From Bacteroidota bacterium (lineage in GTDB: Bacteria > Bacteroidota > Ignavibacteria > UBA10030 > SZUA-254), in contig JAWOKN010000056.1 in the NCBI GenBank assembly GCA_033854175.1, positions 3,736 to 67,735 on the forward strand: a DNA stretch of 64,000 nucleotides, in the 5' to 3' direction. Position numbers and translations under genes: made by a program. How positions within the stretch are numbered: position 1 is the stretch's first letter; each line of letters begins with the position of its first letter. Shown here piece by piece: positions 29,091 to 37,997 of this stretch. The notes under the pieces were generated by a model, which worked only from the letters and a program-made list of their open reading frames with translations, had not been told where the DNA came from and made no database searches.

Positions 29091-29306
29091 ATGGATCATC
29101 GAATGAACGGGGAAATCGTGGAAATCTACATCAGGGACGGGTCGACGCTTGCGAAAGTGCGCGTGGACGGCACCTATTTTCACGTTCCGCTTCTTCTCCT
29201 GATGAACGCCCATGTGGGCGACCACATCATCATCGACGCCGGAATCGCATTAACAAGGATCGAACGGAAGGCAAAGAGCCGGCAGGCTGCAGAACCGGCG
29301 CTGTAG
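29091..29306 (+). CDS. HypC/HupF-like small beta-barrel protein lacking the conserved N-terminal Cys2
   Basis: 72 aa. 'GEIVEIYIRDGSTLAKVRVDGTYFHVPLLLLMNAHVGDHIIIDAGIAL' follows the HypC pattern (…VDFGGV.R.V.L.L…VGDYVLVHVGFAI), but the N-terminus is MDHRMNGE, not MC…. An AAGGAA ribosome-binding site precedes the ATG. Confidence 0.4.
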   Translation: MDHRMNGEIVEIYIRDGSTLAKVRVDGTYFHVPLLLLMNAHVGDHIIIDAGIALTRIERKAKSRQAAEPAL

Positions 29307-29526
29307 AAAGACGTCTGATCGACGGAGAGGATCCGGCAGGAGGCTGTTTCCGAACACCCGGGAAAGCATGAAGCTATCCCACCATCCAGAAGAGTAACCC
29401 CCCCTTGAGGATGCACACCCGTTTTTTTACCCTAAATTCCGGACAGATATTCACGCGGAGGCAGGCAGAGAAATCAGACAAAAAGCGCGAATTTGCGATT
29501 CGGCCGAATAATGGCTAATATGCTGC

Positions 29527-32202
29527 ATGATGATCGGCACGCTCATATCCCATTACAAAATACTTGAAAAACTCGGCGAGGGAGGAATGGGTGTGGTATA
29601 CAAGGCGCACGACACAAAGCTCGAGCGCGTGGTTGCGCTGAAATTCCCCCCTCAGGCGCTCACGGCCGACCCGGAGGAGAGGGAGCGGTTTTACCAGGAG
29701 GCCCGATCGGCATCGCAGCTTCTCCACCCGAACGTCTGCACGATCTTTGAGATCAACGAATCGGAGAAGCAAATCTATATTGCCATGGAGTATGTCGACG
29801 GCCCGACCCTCAAGAAACGGATTCAGGCAGACAATCCGATGCCCCTGGGAAAATCCCTTGACATCGCCATCCAGATCTGCAACGGGCTTGTTGCCGCCCA
29901 TGAAAAGGGGATCGTGCACCGGGACATCAAATCCGAGAACATACTGCTGACGGCCAGGGGGGAGGTAAAAATCACCGATTTCGGACTCGCCAAGCTCAAA
30001 GGTGCGGAGAAGCTCACGAAAACAGGAAGTACATTGGGCACTGCCGCCTACATGTCCCCCGAGCAGGCGCGTGGTGAGGATGTCGATGCGAGAAGCGACA
30101 TATTCTCCTGCGGGGTGGTACTGTATGAACTCTTCGCCGGCAGGCTTCCTTTCCGCGGAGAACACCAGGCTGCGATACTCTACTCACTGGTGAACGAAGA
30201 GCCCGCGCCCCTGGCGAGGTTCAATGAGCACGTGTCGCCGGACCTGCAGCATATTGTTTCAAAGGCGCTCGCCAAAGACAGGGAGGACCGTTATCAGCAT
30301 GCCGACGAAATGCTTGCCGACTTGAGGCGGGAACGCAAACGCATGGAGTACGCGCGAACCGGTGTAATCATACAGCCAAAAGTGGTTTCCTCCACGCAAG
30401 AAGTCCAAGCGCAGGAAGCCTCAGACCGTTCGGGAGGCACCAAGCGAGTGATATGGGGCGTCGCCGGTGCTGTCATTCTTCTTGTCGCAGCCGGTATTTA
30501 TCTCACGGTCTGGAAACCCGGACCCAATCAGAGCGCGACAAATTCCGCAATCAGCAAGATTGCGGTACTCCCATTCGAGAACATCGGACCATCCGACAAG
30601 GAATATTTTGCGGACGGTCTCACCGACGAGATACGGACAAAGCTCAGTGGGCTTTCGAATCTGGCCGTCATTGCCCGTGCAAGTTCGATGCAGTACAAAA
30701 AGACCACGAAATCCATCTCGGAAATCGGCACCGAACTCAGTGTCGGTTACCTGTTGCAGGGGACCATACGATGGGAGGAAGGAGGATCGTCCCAGAGTGC
30801 TGTTCACCTTTTGGTAAATCCTTCCCTGGTGAAAATCACCGACGGGACGCAGGTCTGGTCGCAGTCATTCGAAGGGACCCTGTCGAGCGTCTTTCAGATG
30901 CAATCCGACATCGCGCAGCAGGTCGCACGCGCGCTCGAGGTGGCATTGAATCCCAGCGACCAGCAAGTCATCACCTCGAGGCCGACCAACAACGCCGAAG
31001 CGTACGATTACTTTTTACAGGGGCAGCAAAAATTGTATTTGCCGACCTCGGCGGACATGAAAGAGGCGCTTCCGATGTTTGAGAAAGCGATCAAACTTGA
31101 TCCAAAATTTGTCGCCGCCTATGCGGATTTATCCCGTGCGTACGCTTTCGCGACATTTCAGGGAATGAGCCCTGACAGCCTCCTTGTGTTATCGAAGAAA
31201 TCGCTTGACAAGGTCAAAGAACTGGAACCAAATTCGTTTCTGGCAAACTGGTCGGAAGGCTACTACTATTATTACGGGTTCAGAGATTACGACCAGGCAT
31301 TACGGCACTTCACCACGGCACTGAATCTCCAGCCCAACAATGTGGACATCATATCCGCGATCGGGTATGTCAAGCGGAGGCAGGGAAAATTCCAGGAAAG
31401 CCGCGATCTCCTCGCCAGGAGCTGTGATCTTGACCCGCAGGCGTGGCGCAACTGGTTCGAGCTCGGCTATGTAGAGCTCGTCATGCGTCAATATCCTCTG
31501 GCGGACGAACACATGAAGCGGGCGCTCCTGGTTTTCGGCAAGGGAAATGTCGCGGTAGCGGCATATCATTCGCAGGCCATCTTCTCCATGAACGGCGACG
31601 TCAGGGGGGCGCAGGAACTCTTCGACCGGGAGGCCGGCGAAAACAGATCGTGGTTATACAAGATGAGGAGTGCTCAACTCCATCTTGCGGGCGGGAATGT
31701 CGGCGCCGCCATAAATGATCTTTCCCGTGCGGTGCTCTCGGAGCCGGACGTGGATTCCACGGTCTACTACATGTTCTCAGGGCTCCTGCATGAACAATCC
31801 GGGCCCCGTAGTGCAGGGCGTGCTTATTTCGATAGTGCAAGAATTCTCGCAGAAAGAACAGTACACAACGCCCCCAATCAGGCCGTGGCTCACATGAATC
31901 TGGGAATCATCCTGGCTCATCTCGGACAAAAAGCCCGTGCAATTGAGGAGGGGGAAAAGGGGGTACGACTGATGCCGCTGGAAAAGGACGCGCTTGATGA
32001 AGGGCCGAACGCACTCTATGAGTTAGCTCAGATTTACGCTCTCACGGGAGAATCTGACGCTGCAATCGACAAGCTTGAACAGATATTGAGCATTCCAAAC
32101 ATGTACTCGGTCTATTTTGTGCAATCCGATCAGGAGCTTGCATCACTTGCGACGCTGCCCCGGTTTCAGAAATTGCTGGAAAAGTACAAAACTGCGCGGT
32201 AA
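29527..32202 (+). CDS. Serine/threonine protein kinase with one transmembrane helix and an extracytoplasmic TPR-repeat domain
   Basis: Hanks kinase motifs (GEGGMGVVYKA, HRDIKSENILL, DFGLAK), a transmembrane helix (VIWGVAGAVILLVAAGIYLTVW), then TPR-like repeats. Confidence 0.8.
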   Translation: MMIGTLISHYKILEKLGEGGMGVVYKAHDTKLERVVALKFPPQALTADPEERERFYQEARSASQLLHPNVCTIFEINESEKQIYIAMEYVDGPTLKKRIQADNPMPLGKSLDIAIQICNGLVAAHEKGIVHRDIKSENILLTARGEVKITDFGLAKLKGAEKLTKTGSTLGTAAYMSPEQARGEDVDARSDIFSCGVVLYELFAGRLPFRGEHQAAILYSLVNEEPAPLARFNEHVSPDLQHIVSKALAKDREDRYQHADEMLADLRRERKRMEYARTGVIIQPKVVSSTQEVQAQEASDRSGGTKRVIWGVAGAVILLVAAGIYLTVWKPGPNQSATNSAISKIAVLPFENIGPSDKEYFADGLTDEIRTKLSGLSNLAVIARASSMQYKKTTKSISEIGTELSVGYLLQGTIRWEEGGSSQSAVHLLVNPSLVKITDGTQVWSQSFEGTLSSVFQMQSDIAQQVARALEVALNPSDQQVITSRPTNNAEAYDYFLQGQQKLYLPTSADMKEALPMFEKAIKLDPKFVAAYADLSRAYAFATFQGMSPDSLLVLSKKSLDKVKELEPNSFLANWSEGYYYYYGFRDYDQALRHFTTALNLQPNNVDIISAIGYVKRRQGKFQESRDLLARSCDLDPQAWRNWFELGYVELVMRQYPLADEHMKRALLVFGKGNVAVAAYHSQAIFSMNGDVRGAQELFDREAGENRSWLYKMRSAQLHLAGGNVGAAINDLSRAVLSEPDVDSTVYYMFSGLLHEQSGPRSAGRAYFDSARILAERTVHNAPNQAVAHMNLGIILAHLGQKARAIEEGEKGVRLMPLEKDALDEGPNALYELAQIYALTGESDAAIDKLEQILSIPNMYSVYFVQSDQELASLATLPRFQKLLEKYKTAR

Positions 32203-32362
32203 CACCGGACCTGAGGAAGATCCTCAGCCTCCTTCCTGATCATCCCTCCCCCTGGAACCCCCGCATGGGACAGATTCAAAGTCCTGCCTCAATTTTCGAA
32301 AAGAAATTCAAATGAGGCAACGAATCCCGCGATAAAAACCTTCATTTATGATGAAGAATTAT

Positions 32363-32381
32363 TCAACAGTACGTGTTGAAT
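32363..32381. promoter_or_regulatory. Palindrome in an AT-rich leader upstream of the GcvH-like/NrfCD-like cluster
   Basis: TTCAACA-gtacg-TGTTGAA (7-bp perfect arms). A weak sigma-54-like 'TGGCATgatatTTACA' lies at 32560..32575. Confidence 0.3.
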
Positions 32382-32619
32382 AAATAAACGCATTCATAAA
32401 TACTTGTTTTGAAATTATTTACACATCTTCAGCAGCCTTCGCCCGGTTTTCTGTAAAATAATTCATCAACTCTTCTTCATCTCAATCCTGAAAAAAAGTT
32501 TCACTCCCCCATCTTCTTACATATTCACCACTTAGCATCACGGTTTTTTCCATAGTTACTGGCATGATATTTACATAAGTGATGGGTGAATAAATAAGCA
32601 CGCAAGGACAGAAGGAGCA

Positions 32620-33303
32620 GTGAAAATGACAGTCATATTCGTAATAGCGACGATTATATTCTTCCTCACGCTTGATTGGGTTGTGAGGCGGATAAGGGCA
32701 AGAAAAGCAGCACCGGTAACTGCGGTACACCCGTCGGCATATCCGATACGTGTACCGGAGGGGATATTCTTCACCAGATCGCACACCTGGCTCAATCTTT
32801 TCCCCTCGGGGAAAGTACGGCTCGGAATCGATGATTTTGTGGGCCGCATGGTAGAAAACCCGCAGATCATTTTCCTCAAGAAAAGCGGCGAGAGTATCTC
32901 CCGTGGAGAGCCCCTGTTGACGATGAAGGAAGACGAGCATCTGCTGACCGTCAGATCGCCGATCGACGGGGAGATCGAATCGATCAACGAGGAACTCCCG
33001 CGGCATCCCGACCTTTTGAAGGACCTCCTTTTCAGTGACGGCTGGGCATACACGATCAAGCCGAGAAAGTTCTCTGAAATCAAGGGCTTACTTCTCGGGA
33101 CAGAGACGAGGGAATGGATGCGGGCGGAATTCGGCCGTCTGCGTGATTTCTTTGCGGGGATCTCTCACAACGGCACAATAGCCCCGGCCCTCCTGCAGGA
33201 CGGCGGGCCGCCGATGGCGGGCGTCATGAAAACGATGGACGACGCGGTGTGGCAGAATTTCGAGCATGAGTTCCTCACGATCGAAGAATCTGAAAGGGCA
33301 TAG
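32620..33303 (+). CDS. Membrane-anchored GcvH-fold (glycine-cleavage H-protein-like) protein with the lipoyl-lysine position substituted
   Basis: N-terminal transmembrane helix followed by RRIRARK, so the domain is cytoplasmic by the positive-inside rule. A gapless alignment to GcvH (…LPEVG…ESVKAASDIYAPVSGEI…GW.FKIK) places Glu at the lipoyl-Lys position, with a Lys 3 residues earlier. Confidence 0.5.
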   Translation: MKMTVIFVIATIIFFLTLDWVVRRIRARKAAPVTAVHPSAYPIRVPEGIFFTRSHTWLNLFPSGKVRLGIDDFVGRMVENPQIIFLKKSGESISRGEPLLTMKEDEHLLTVRSPIDGEIESINEELPRHPDLLKDLLFSDGWAYTIKPRKFSEIKGLLLGTETREWMRAEFGRLRDFFAGISHNGTIAPALLQDGGPPMAGVMKTMDDAVWQNFEHEFLTIEESERA

Positions 33304-33305
33304 CG

Positions 33306-34124
33306 ATGGCGAGTGCGAAGGCGATGTTAATCGACCTCACGATGTGCATCGGGTGCAATTCGTGTCAGGATGCCTGCAAGAAGGCAAACGGTTTACCCGA
33401 AGGGGAGGAACAGCAGTTATCGGCAACCGCCTATACGGCGCTCAATGAATACAACGGCGTCTATGTCCGGAGGATGTGTCAGCACTGCATCCAGCCGACC
33501 TGTGCATCGGTCTGTCCCGTTGGTGCGTTGAAAAAGACGCCCGAGGGGCCTGTCCTCTACGACGAATCGAAGTGTATCGGCTGCCGGTACTGCATGCAGG
33601 CATGTCCGTTCCAGGTGCCTAGGTACGAGTGGAGCAGCACCTATCCGAGAATCCAGAAATGCCGCTTCTGTGCGGAGAGGCTTGCGAAGGGGATGCCCAC
33701 GGCATGTTCGGAGGCATGTCCGACGGGTGCGACAAAATTCGGCGACCGGGACGAACTGGTGCGCGAGGCCTACCAGCGGATATCCGCGGAACCGGGGAAA
33801 TACATCGACAAGGTCTACGGCCTCCAGGAAGTCGGAGGGACGTCAATACTGTACCTCTCCTCGGTTCCGTTCGAGCAGCTGGGATTCAAGACCCAGCTGG
33901 AGTCCAACGCGCTGCCGCTCCTCACGTGGAACGTGCTGTCGAAGATTCCGAACGTGGTCAGTGTCGGCGGAGTGGCGCTCTTCGGCATCTGGTGGATCAC
34001 CAACCGCCGGATGGAACTCGAGAAAGAGCGAAAAAACGGCCGGGCAAACGGTACGGCGCCGGGGGATGACCATCATTCCCGGAAAGAACAAACCCAACAA
34101 ACCGAGAATGGAGAGAGAGTATGA
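33306..34124 (+). CDS. 4×[4Fe-4S] ferredoxin-type subunit of the NrfC/HybA/PsrB/DsrO family with a C-terminal transmembrane helix
   Basis: Four Cys clusters (CIGCNSCQDAC; CQHCIQPTCASVCP; CIGCRYCMQACP; CRFC…CSEACP). No Tat (RR) signal. C-terminal helix VVSVGGVALFGIWWI. Confidence 0.8.
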   Translation: MASAKAMLIDLTMCIGCNSCQDACKKANGLPEGEEQQLSATAYTALNEYNGVYVRRMCQHCIQPTCASVCPVGALKKTPEGPVLYDESKCIGCRYCMQACPFQVPRYEWSSTYPRIQKCRFCAERLAKGMPTACSEACPTGATKFGDRDELVREAYQRISAEPGKYIDKVYGLQEVGGTSILYLSSVPFEQLGFKTQLESNALPLLTWNVLSKIPNVVSVGGVALFGIWWITNRRMELEKERKNGRANGTAPGDDHHSRKEQTQQTENGERV

Positions 34125-35323
34125 AACGCAGACTTCAGCAACTGACACTCTGGAAGGTCGTCGCCGGGCTGATCATCCTCAGCGGCCTCATATCAACCTA
34201 CGTCCGTTTCGCAAAAGGGCTGGGGGCGGCGACGCACCTGAGCGATCAATTCCCGTGGGGATTATGGATCGGGTTTGACATCCTGTGCGGCGTGGGGCTT
34301 GCGGCCGGGGGGTTCACGCTGGCTGCGATCGTCTACATCTTCAACATCAGGCGGTTTGAAGCGATCATCCGGCCGACCATCTTGACGGCATTCCTCGGCT
34401 ATCTCCTTGTGATTGCCGCGCTGATGTTCGATCTCGGGCGGCCGCTGCAGATATGGCATGCGATCATCATGTGGAACCATCACTCGGTCATGTTCGAGGT
34501 CGCGTGGTGCGTCATGCTCTACACGACAGTTCTCGCCCTTGAATTTTCGCCGATGCTCTTTGAAAAATTCAGGATGAACAACACGCTGAAGACATTCCAC
34601 AAAATCAGCATACCGCTCATTATCCTCGGGGTGATCCTCTCGACGCTGCACCAGTCGTCGCTCGGCTCGCTCTACCTCATCGTGCCCGAGAAGCTCTACG
34701 GCCTCTGGTATTCCGCCTATCTGCCGGTATTCTTCTACGTCTCGGCGATCGCGGTCGGCTGTGCGATGGTCATCTTCGAATCCATCCTGAGTTCCCGGGC
34801 GTTCCGGAAGAGCCTGGAAACGAACCTCCTTGCGGAGCTGGCCCGCATCAGCGTCGTGGCGCTCGCCGTTTACGCCACGATGAAGATCGTCGACTTGAAG
34901 GACCGCGACGTCATCAGCCTCCTCTTCCTCCCCCGCGCCGAGACCTATTTTTACTGGGCTGAGATCACCGTCGGGGTCATCGCACCGATCATACTTTTCT
35001 CCATCAGAAAAGCCCGTGAGAGTCAGACGGGGTTATTCGCCGGGGCCACGATGATCATCACCGGGTTCATCATGAACCGTCTCAACATCAGTCTGACGGG
35101 GATGGAAGGCTGGGCCGGTCTTTCCTACTTCCCGTCATGGATGGAAATTTCCGTCACCCTCACCATCGTCACGGTGGGGTTCATTGCATTCCGGCTTGCG
35201 GCCAAATATCTGCCGGTGTTCAAGCCCGAACTGAACGTTCCCGAAAAGGAATTCGCACACCCGATCGTCGAGGATCTCCACAGCGTCTCATCGTCGCGGG
35301 AACGCTCGATGATACTGGAATAA
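34121..35323 (+). CDS. NrfD/HybB/PsrC/DsrP-family polytopic membrane subunit (quinone-interacting)
   Basis: About 10 predicted transmembrane helices with NrfD-family N-terminal helix signatures. The start overlaps the Fe-S subunit stop by 4 nt. Confidence 0.8.
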   Translation: MKRRLQQLTLWKVVAGLIILSGLISTYVRFAKGLGAATHLSDQFPWGLWIGFDILCGVGLAAGGFTLAAIVYIFNIRRFEAIIRPTILTAFLGYLLVIAALMFDLGRPLQIWHAIIMWNHHSVMFEVAWCVMLYTTVLALEFSPMLFEKFRMNNTLKTFHKISIPLIILGVILSTLHQSSLGSLYLIVPEKLYGLWYSAYLPVFFYVSAIAVGCAMVIFESILSSRAFRKSLETNLLAELARISVVALAVYATMKIVDLKDRDVISLLFLPRAETYFYWAEITVGVIAPIILFSIRKARESQTGLFAGATMIITGFIMNRLNISLTGMEGWAGLSYFPSWMEISVTLTIVTVGFIAFRLAAKYLPVFKPELNVPEKEFAHPIVEDLHSVSSSRERSMILE

Positions 35324-35328
35324 TTGTC

Positions 35329-36087
35329 ATGAACGAGAATCAAAAAAATTACACAATCATCCCTGAAGGAGACTCCCGGTGTGTCTGGATGTCGGCCGGG
35401 ATCCTCAGCTACCAGCTCTGCAACCGCGCATTCGACTGCGACGCATGTCCGCTCGACATGGCGATGCGGCAGCACTTCCCGCGACCCGAGGGGGAGAAGG
35501 ATGAGGCGGCGCCAGGCAGGGAGCGTGAGGAAACAGAACTCCGCGGCGCGTACAGTTACACGGCAACGCATTTCTGGGTAAAGTCGATCTCCACCTCGCT
35601 CTACCGTGTGGGACTTGAACCGGGGATAGCCCACGCATTATTCGTCCCGCGGACCATCGTCTTGCCCGCCTCGGGTGAAACGCTCCAGGCATCGCAGCCC
35701 TGTCTCTGGTTCGTGATGGAGGCCGCGACCGTCCCCTTCGACGCATTCGCCGACGGCGTGGTTGTGACGCAGAATGTGCTCTTGCCGGAGCGGCCCTACA
35801 AAGTCCATTACCATCCGTACGACCAGGGATGGCTCTTTGACATGAAGTTCGACGCAGCGGGGGGTGAGCCGGATCTCCTGACCGCGGTCCAGGCGGAGAA
35901 ACTCTACGGCAGGGACCAGAAACTCTTCCGTGACAGGCTCCGCGACACGCTACAGACCGCGCCGGCTGGAGCGACACTCCAGGACGGCGGACAGCTTTTG
36001 AAAAATCTCCCTGAAATGCTCGGACCGAAGAAATACTTCGATCTCATCGAGGAGATCTTTCTGAAAAGGGGTGTCACAAAAAAATAA
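35329..36087 (+). CDS. Cys4 N-terminal domain fused to a GcvH-fold domain with the lipoyl-lysine position substituted
   Basis: N-terminal 'CVWMSAGILSYQLCNRAFDCDACP', then 'YTATHFWVK…GLEPG…LPASGETLQASQPCLWFVMEAATVPFDAFADGVVV…PYDQGWLFDMKF'. A gapless GcvH alignment puts Ala at the lipoyl-Lys position. ATG at 35329. Confidence 0.5.
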   Translation: MNENQKNYTIIPEGDSRCVWMSAGILSYQLCNRAFDCDACPLDMAMRQHFPRPEGEKDEAAPGREREETELRGAYSYTATHFWVKSISTSLYRVGLEPGIAHALFVPRTIVLPASGETLQASQPCLWFVMEAATVPFDAFADGVVVTQNVLLPERPYKVHYHPYDQGWLFDMKFDAAGGEPDLLTAVQAEKLYGRDQKLFRDRLRDTLQTAPAGATLQDGGQLLKNLPEMLGPKKYFDLIEEIFLKRGVTKK

Positions 36088-36332
36088 CCCGCCGCGAACA
36101 GGCTGGACGGGGGTACCGCTCACCCGGGGGTGTACAGGGGTGGGCGGTAGTTATTCGGGGTGGGGGTGATCCGGTAAAACCACCTTTAACCATTTTGTGA
36201 TAAAATCCCCGAATTCATTTCAAATCTGATAACTCCGGGGGAAAAGACGGGCCGGAGAGAAGCCAAATCTCCGTTTTTCAGTATCATCTCAACCCCCTTT
36301 ATGGCACGAGAATTGACGATAACGGAAATGGT

Positions 36333-37982
36333 ATGAAGGCATTCCGTTCGCTCAGTGTGAGGGTATTTGCGGGGTCATTTCTCCTCCTTGTGACCCTCCT
36401 GGGGCTCTATTCCTATTTTGCGATAAAGTTTCACACCGAACAGATGATGGAGATCGTCCTGGGAAACGCAAGCCGCATCAGCGACATCATCAAGAACTCG
36501 ACCCACTACAGCATGCTCCTCAACAGGAAGGAGGACGTCTACCAGACGATCCTCACCATCGGCAAGGAAAAGGGGGTTGAAGGGATACGGATTTACAACA
36601 AGCGGGGAGAAATCATGGCCTCCTCCCGCACCGAAGAAAAACTGCAGATTGTCGACATGCATGCTGAAGCCTGTTACGTCTGCCATGAGAAGGGAAAACC
36701 CCTGGAATCGCTCGCATCGGACAACAGGATGCGGATCTACACCTCCCCGAAGGGGTACAGGGTACTGGGTTTGATCAACCCCATCCACAACGAGCCAAGC
36801 TGTTCGAATGCCGATTGCCATGCTCATCCGCCTGATAAAACCATACTCGGTGTACTCGACGTTCGGATGTCGCTGGAAAACGTCGACACGGCAATCGCCG
36901 AAGCGCACGCCAAGATGATCAGCTGGGCGGTCGGGGGAGTTCTCCTTGCATCGCTCCTCATCTCGGTCCTCCTCTACAGAACCGTGCATCGGCCCGTCAA
37001 GCGGCTCACGCTGGGGACGCATGAAGTCTCCTCCGGCAACCTCGATCTCCGGATACCCATACACTCGAAGGACGAACTGGGGCAGCTTGCCGAATCGTTC
37101 AATTCGATGACGACCTCATTGCGCAACCTCATTGAAGAGAAAAACACCTGGTCGCGCGAGCTGGAGGAGCGGGTCCGTGAAAAAACCGCCGAGTTGAAGC
37201 ACATTCACGAGCAGATCCTGCAGATTGAAAAGATGACATCGCTCGGGAAGCTCGCGGCGACCGTTGCGCACGAACTGAACAACCCCCTGGAAGGGATCCT
37301 GACCTACGCGAAGCTCCTGGCGAAGCAGCTCAGGAAAGCCGAATTCTCTGCGGACCGGTCAAAGGAATTTCTCGAGGAACTCAATCTCATCATCCAGGAA
37401 ACGGACCGGTGCGGAACGATCGTGAAGAACCTCCTCCTCTTTTCCCGGAAGCAGGTCGGCGAATTCGCGCTTGCGCCTGCGCGGCAGATCGTGGAGAAGG
37501 CCCAGCGTCTCGTGGATCACCACTTCCACATCTCCAACGTGAAATTCGAGGCCACGTACGCGCCTGAGGACGTGTCGCTCATGTGCGACGAAATGCAGAT
37601 CCAGCAGGCCTTGATTGCGCTCTTTGTCAACGCGGTTGAAGCCATGCCGGGGGGCGGCACACTGCGCGTCGATGTCTCGCAGCGTTCGAAGGATGACAAC
37701 ATCATCCTCCGCATTTCGGACACCGGTACGGGGATAGCGGAGGAGGATCTCCACAACATCTTCGAACCATTTTTCACAACAAAAAAGGAGGGTCAGGGTG
37801 TCGGCCTCGGCCTCTCGGTTGTCTACGGCATCGTCGTCCGTCACGGCGGCACGATCAGTGTGGAGTCGAGTCTCAACAAGGGAACGGCATTCACGCTGAC
37901 CTTCCCGGCGCTTGAGCGGAGCACCAAGGGAATCCCGGAGCCGGAGGCGAAAAAATCACCCATTGATCCACACTATGCATAA
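36333..37982 (+). CDS. Sensor histidine kinase with a periplasmic domain carrying heme-c-type motifs
   Basis: Transmembrane helix 1 (FAGSFLLLVTLLGLY), then a ~150-aa periplasmic domain containing 'CYVCH' and 'CSNADCH', then helix 2 and HAMP. The H-box is HELNNPL and the HATPase has a G-box (DTGTGI…GQGVGLGL). Confidence 0.8.
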   Translation: MKAFRSLSVRVFAGSFLLLVTLLGLYSYFAIKFHTEQMMEIVLGNASRISDIIKNSTHYSMLLNRKEDVYQTILTIGKEKGVEGIRIYNKRGEIMASSRTEEKLQIVDMHAEACYVCHEKGKPLESLASDNRMRIYTSPKGYRVLGLINPIHNEPSCSNADCHAHPPDKTILGVLDVRMSLENVDTAIAEAHAKMISWAVGGVLLASLLISVLLYRTVHRPVKRLTLGTHEVSSGNLDLRIPIHSKDELGQLAESFNSMTTSLRNLIEEKNTWSRELEERVREKTAELKHIHEQILQIEKMTSLGKLAATVAHELNNPLEGILTYAKLLAKQLRKAEFSADRSKEFLEELNLIIQETDRCGTIVKNLLLFSRKQVGEFALAPARQIVEKAQRLVDHHFHISNVKFEATYAPEDVSLMCDEMQIQQALIALFVNAVEAMPGGGTLRVDVSQRSKDDNIILRISDTGTGIAEEDLHNIFEPFFTTKKEGQGVGLGLSVVYGIVVRHGGTISVESSLNKGTAFTLTFPALERSTKGIPEPEAKKSPIDPHYA

Positions 37983-37997
37983 CCTCACAGAAAACGT

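Noticed and set aside
36302-36317. TGGCACG…TTGAC sigma-54-like element in front of the histidine kinase
   Set aside because: The -12 GC is absent (GA), and the site lies only ~25 nt from the ATG, leaving no room for a leader.
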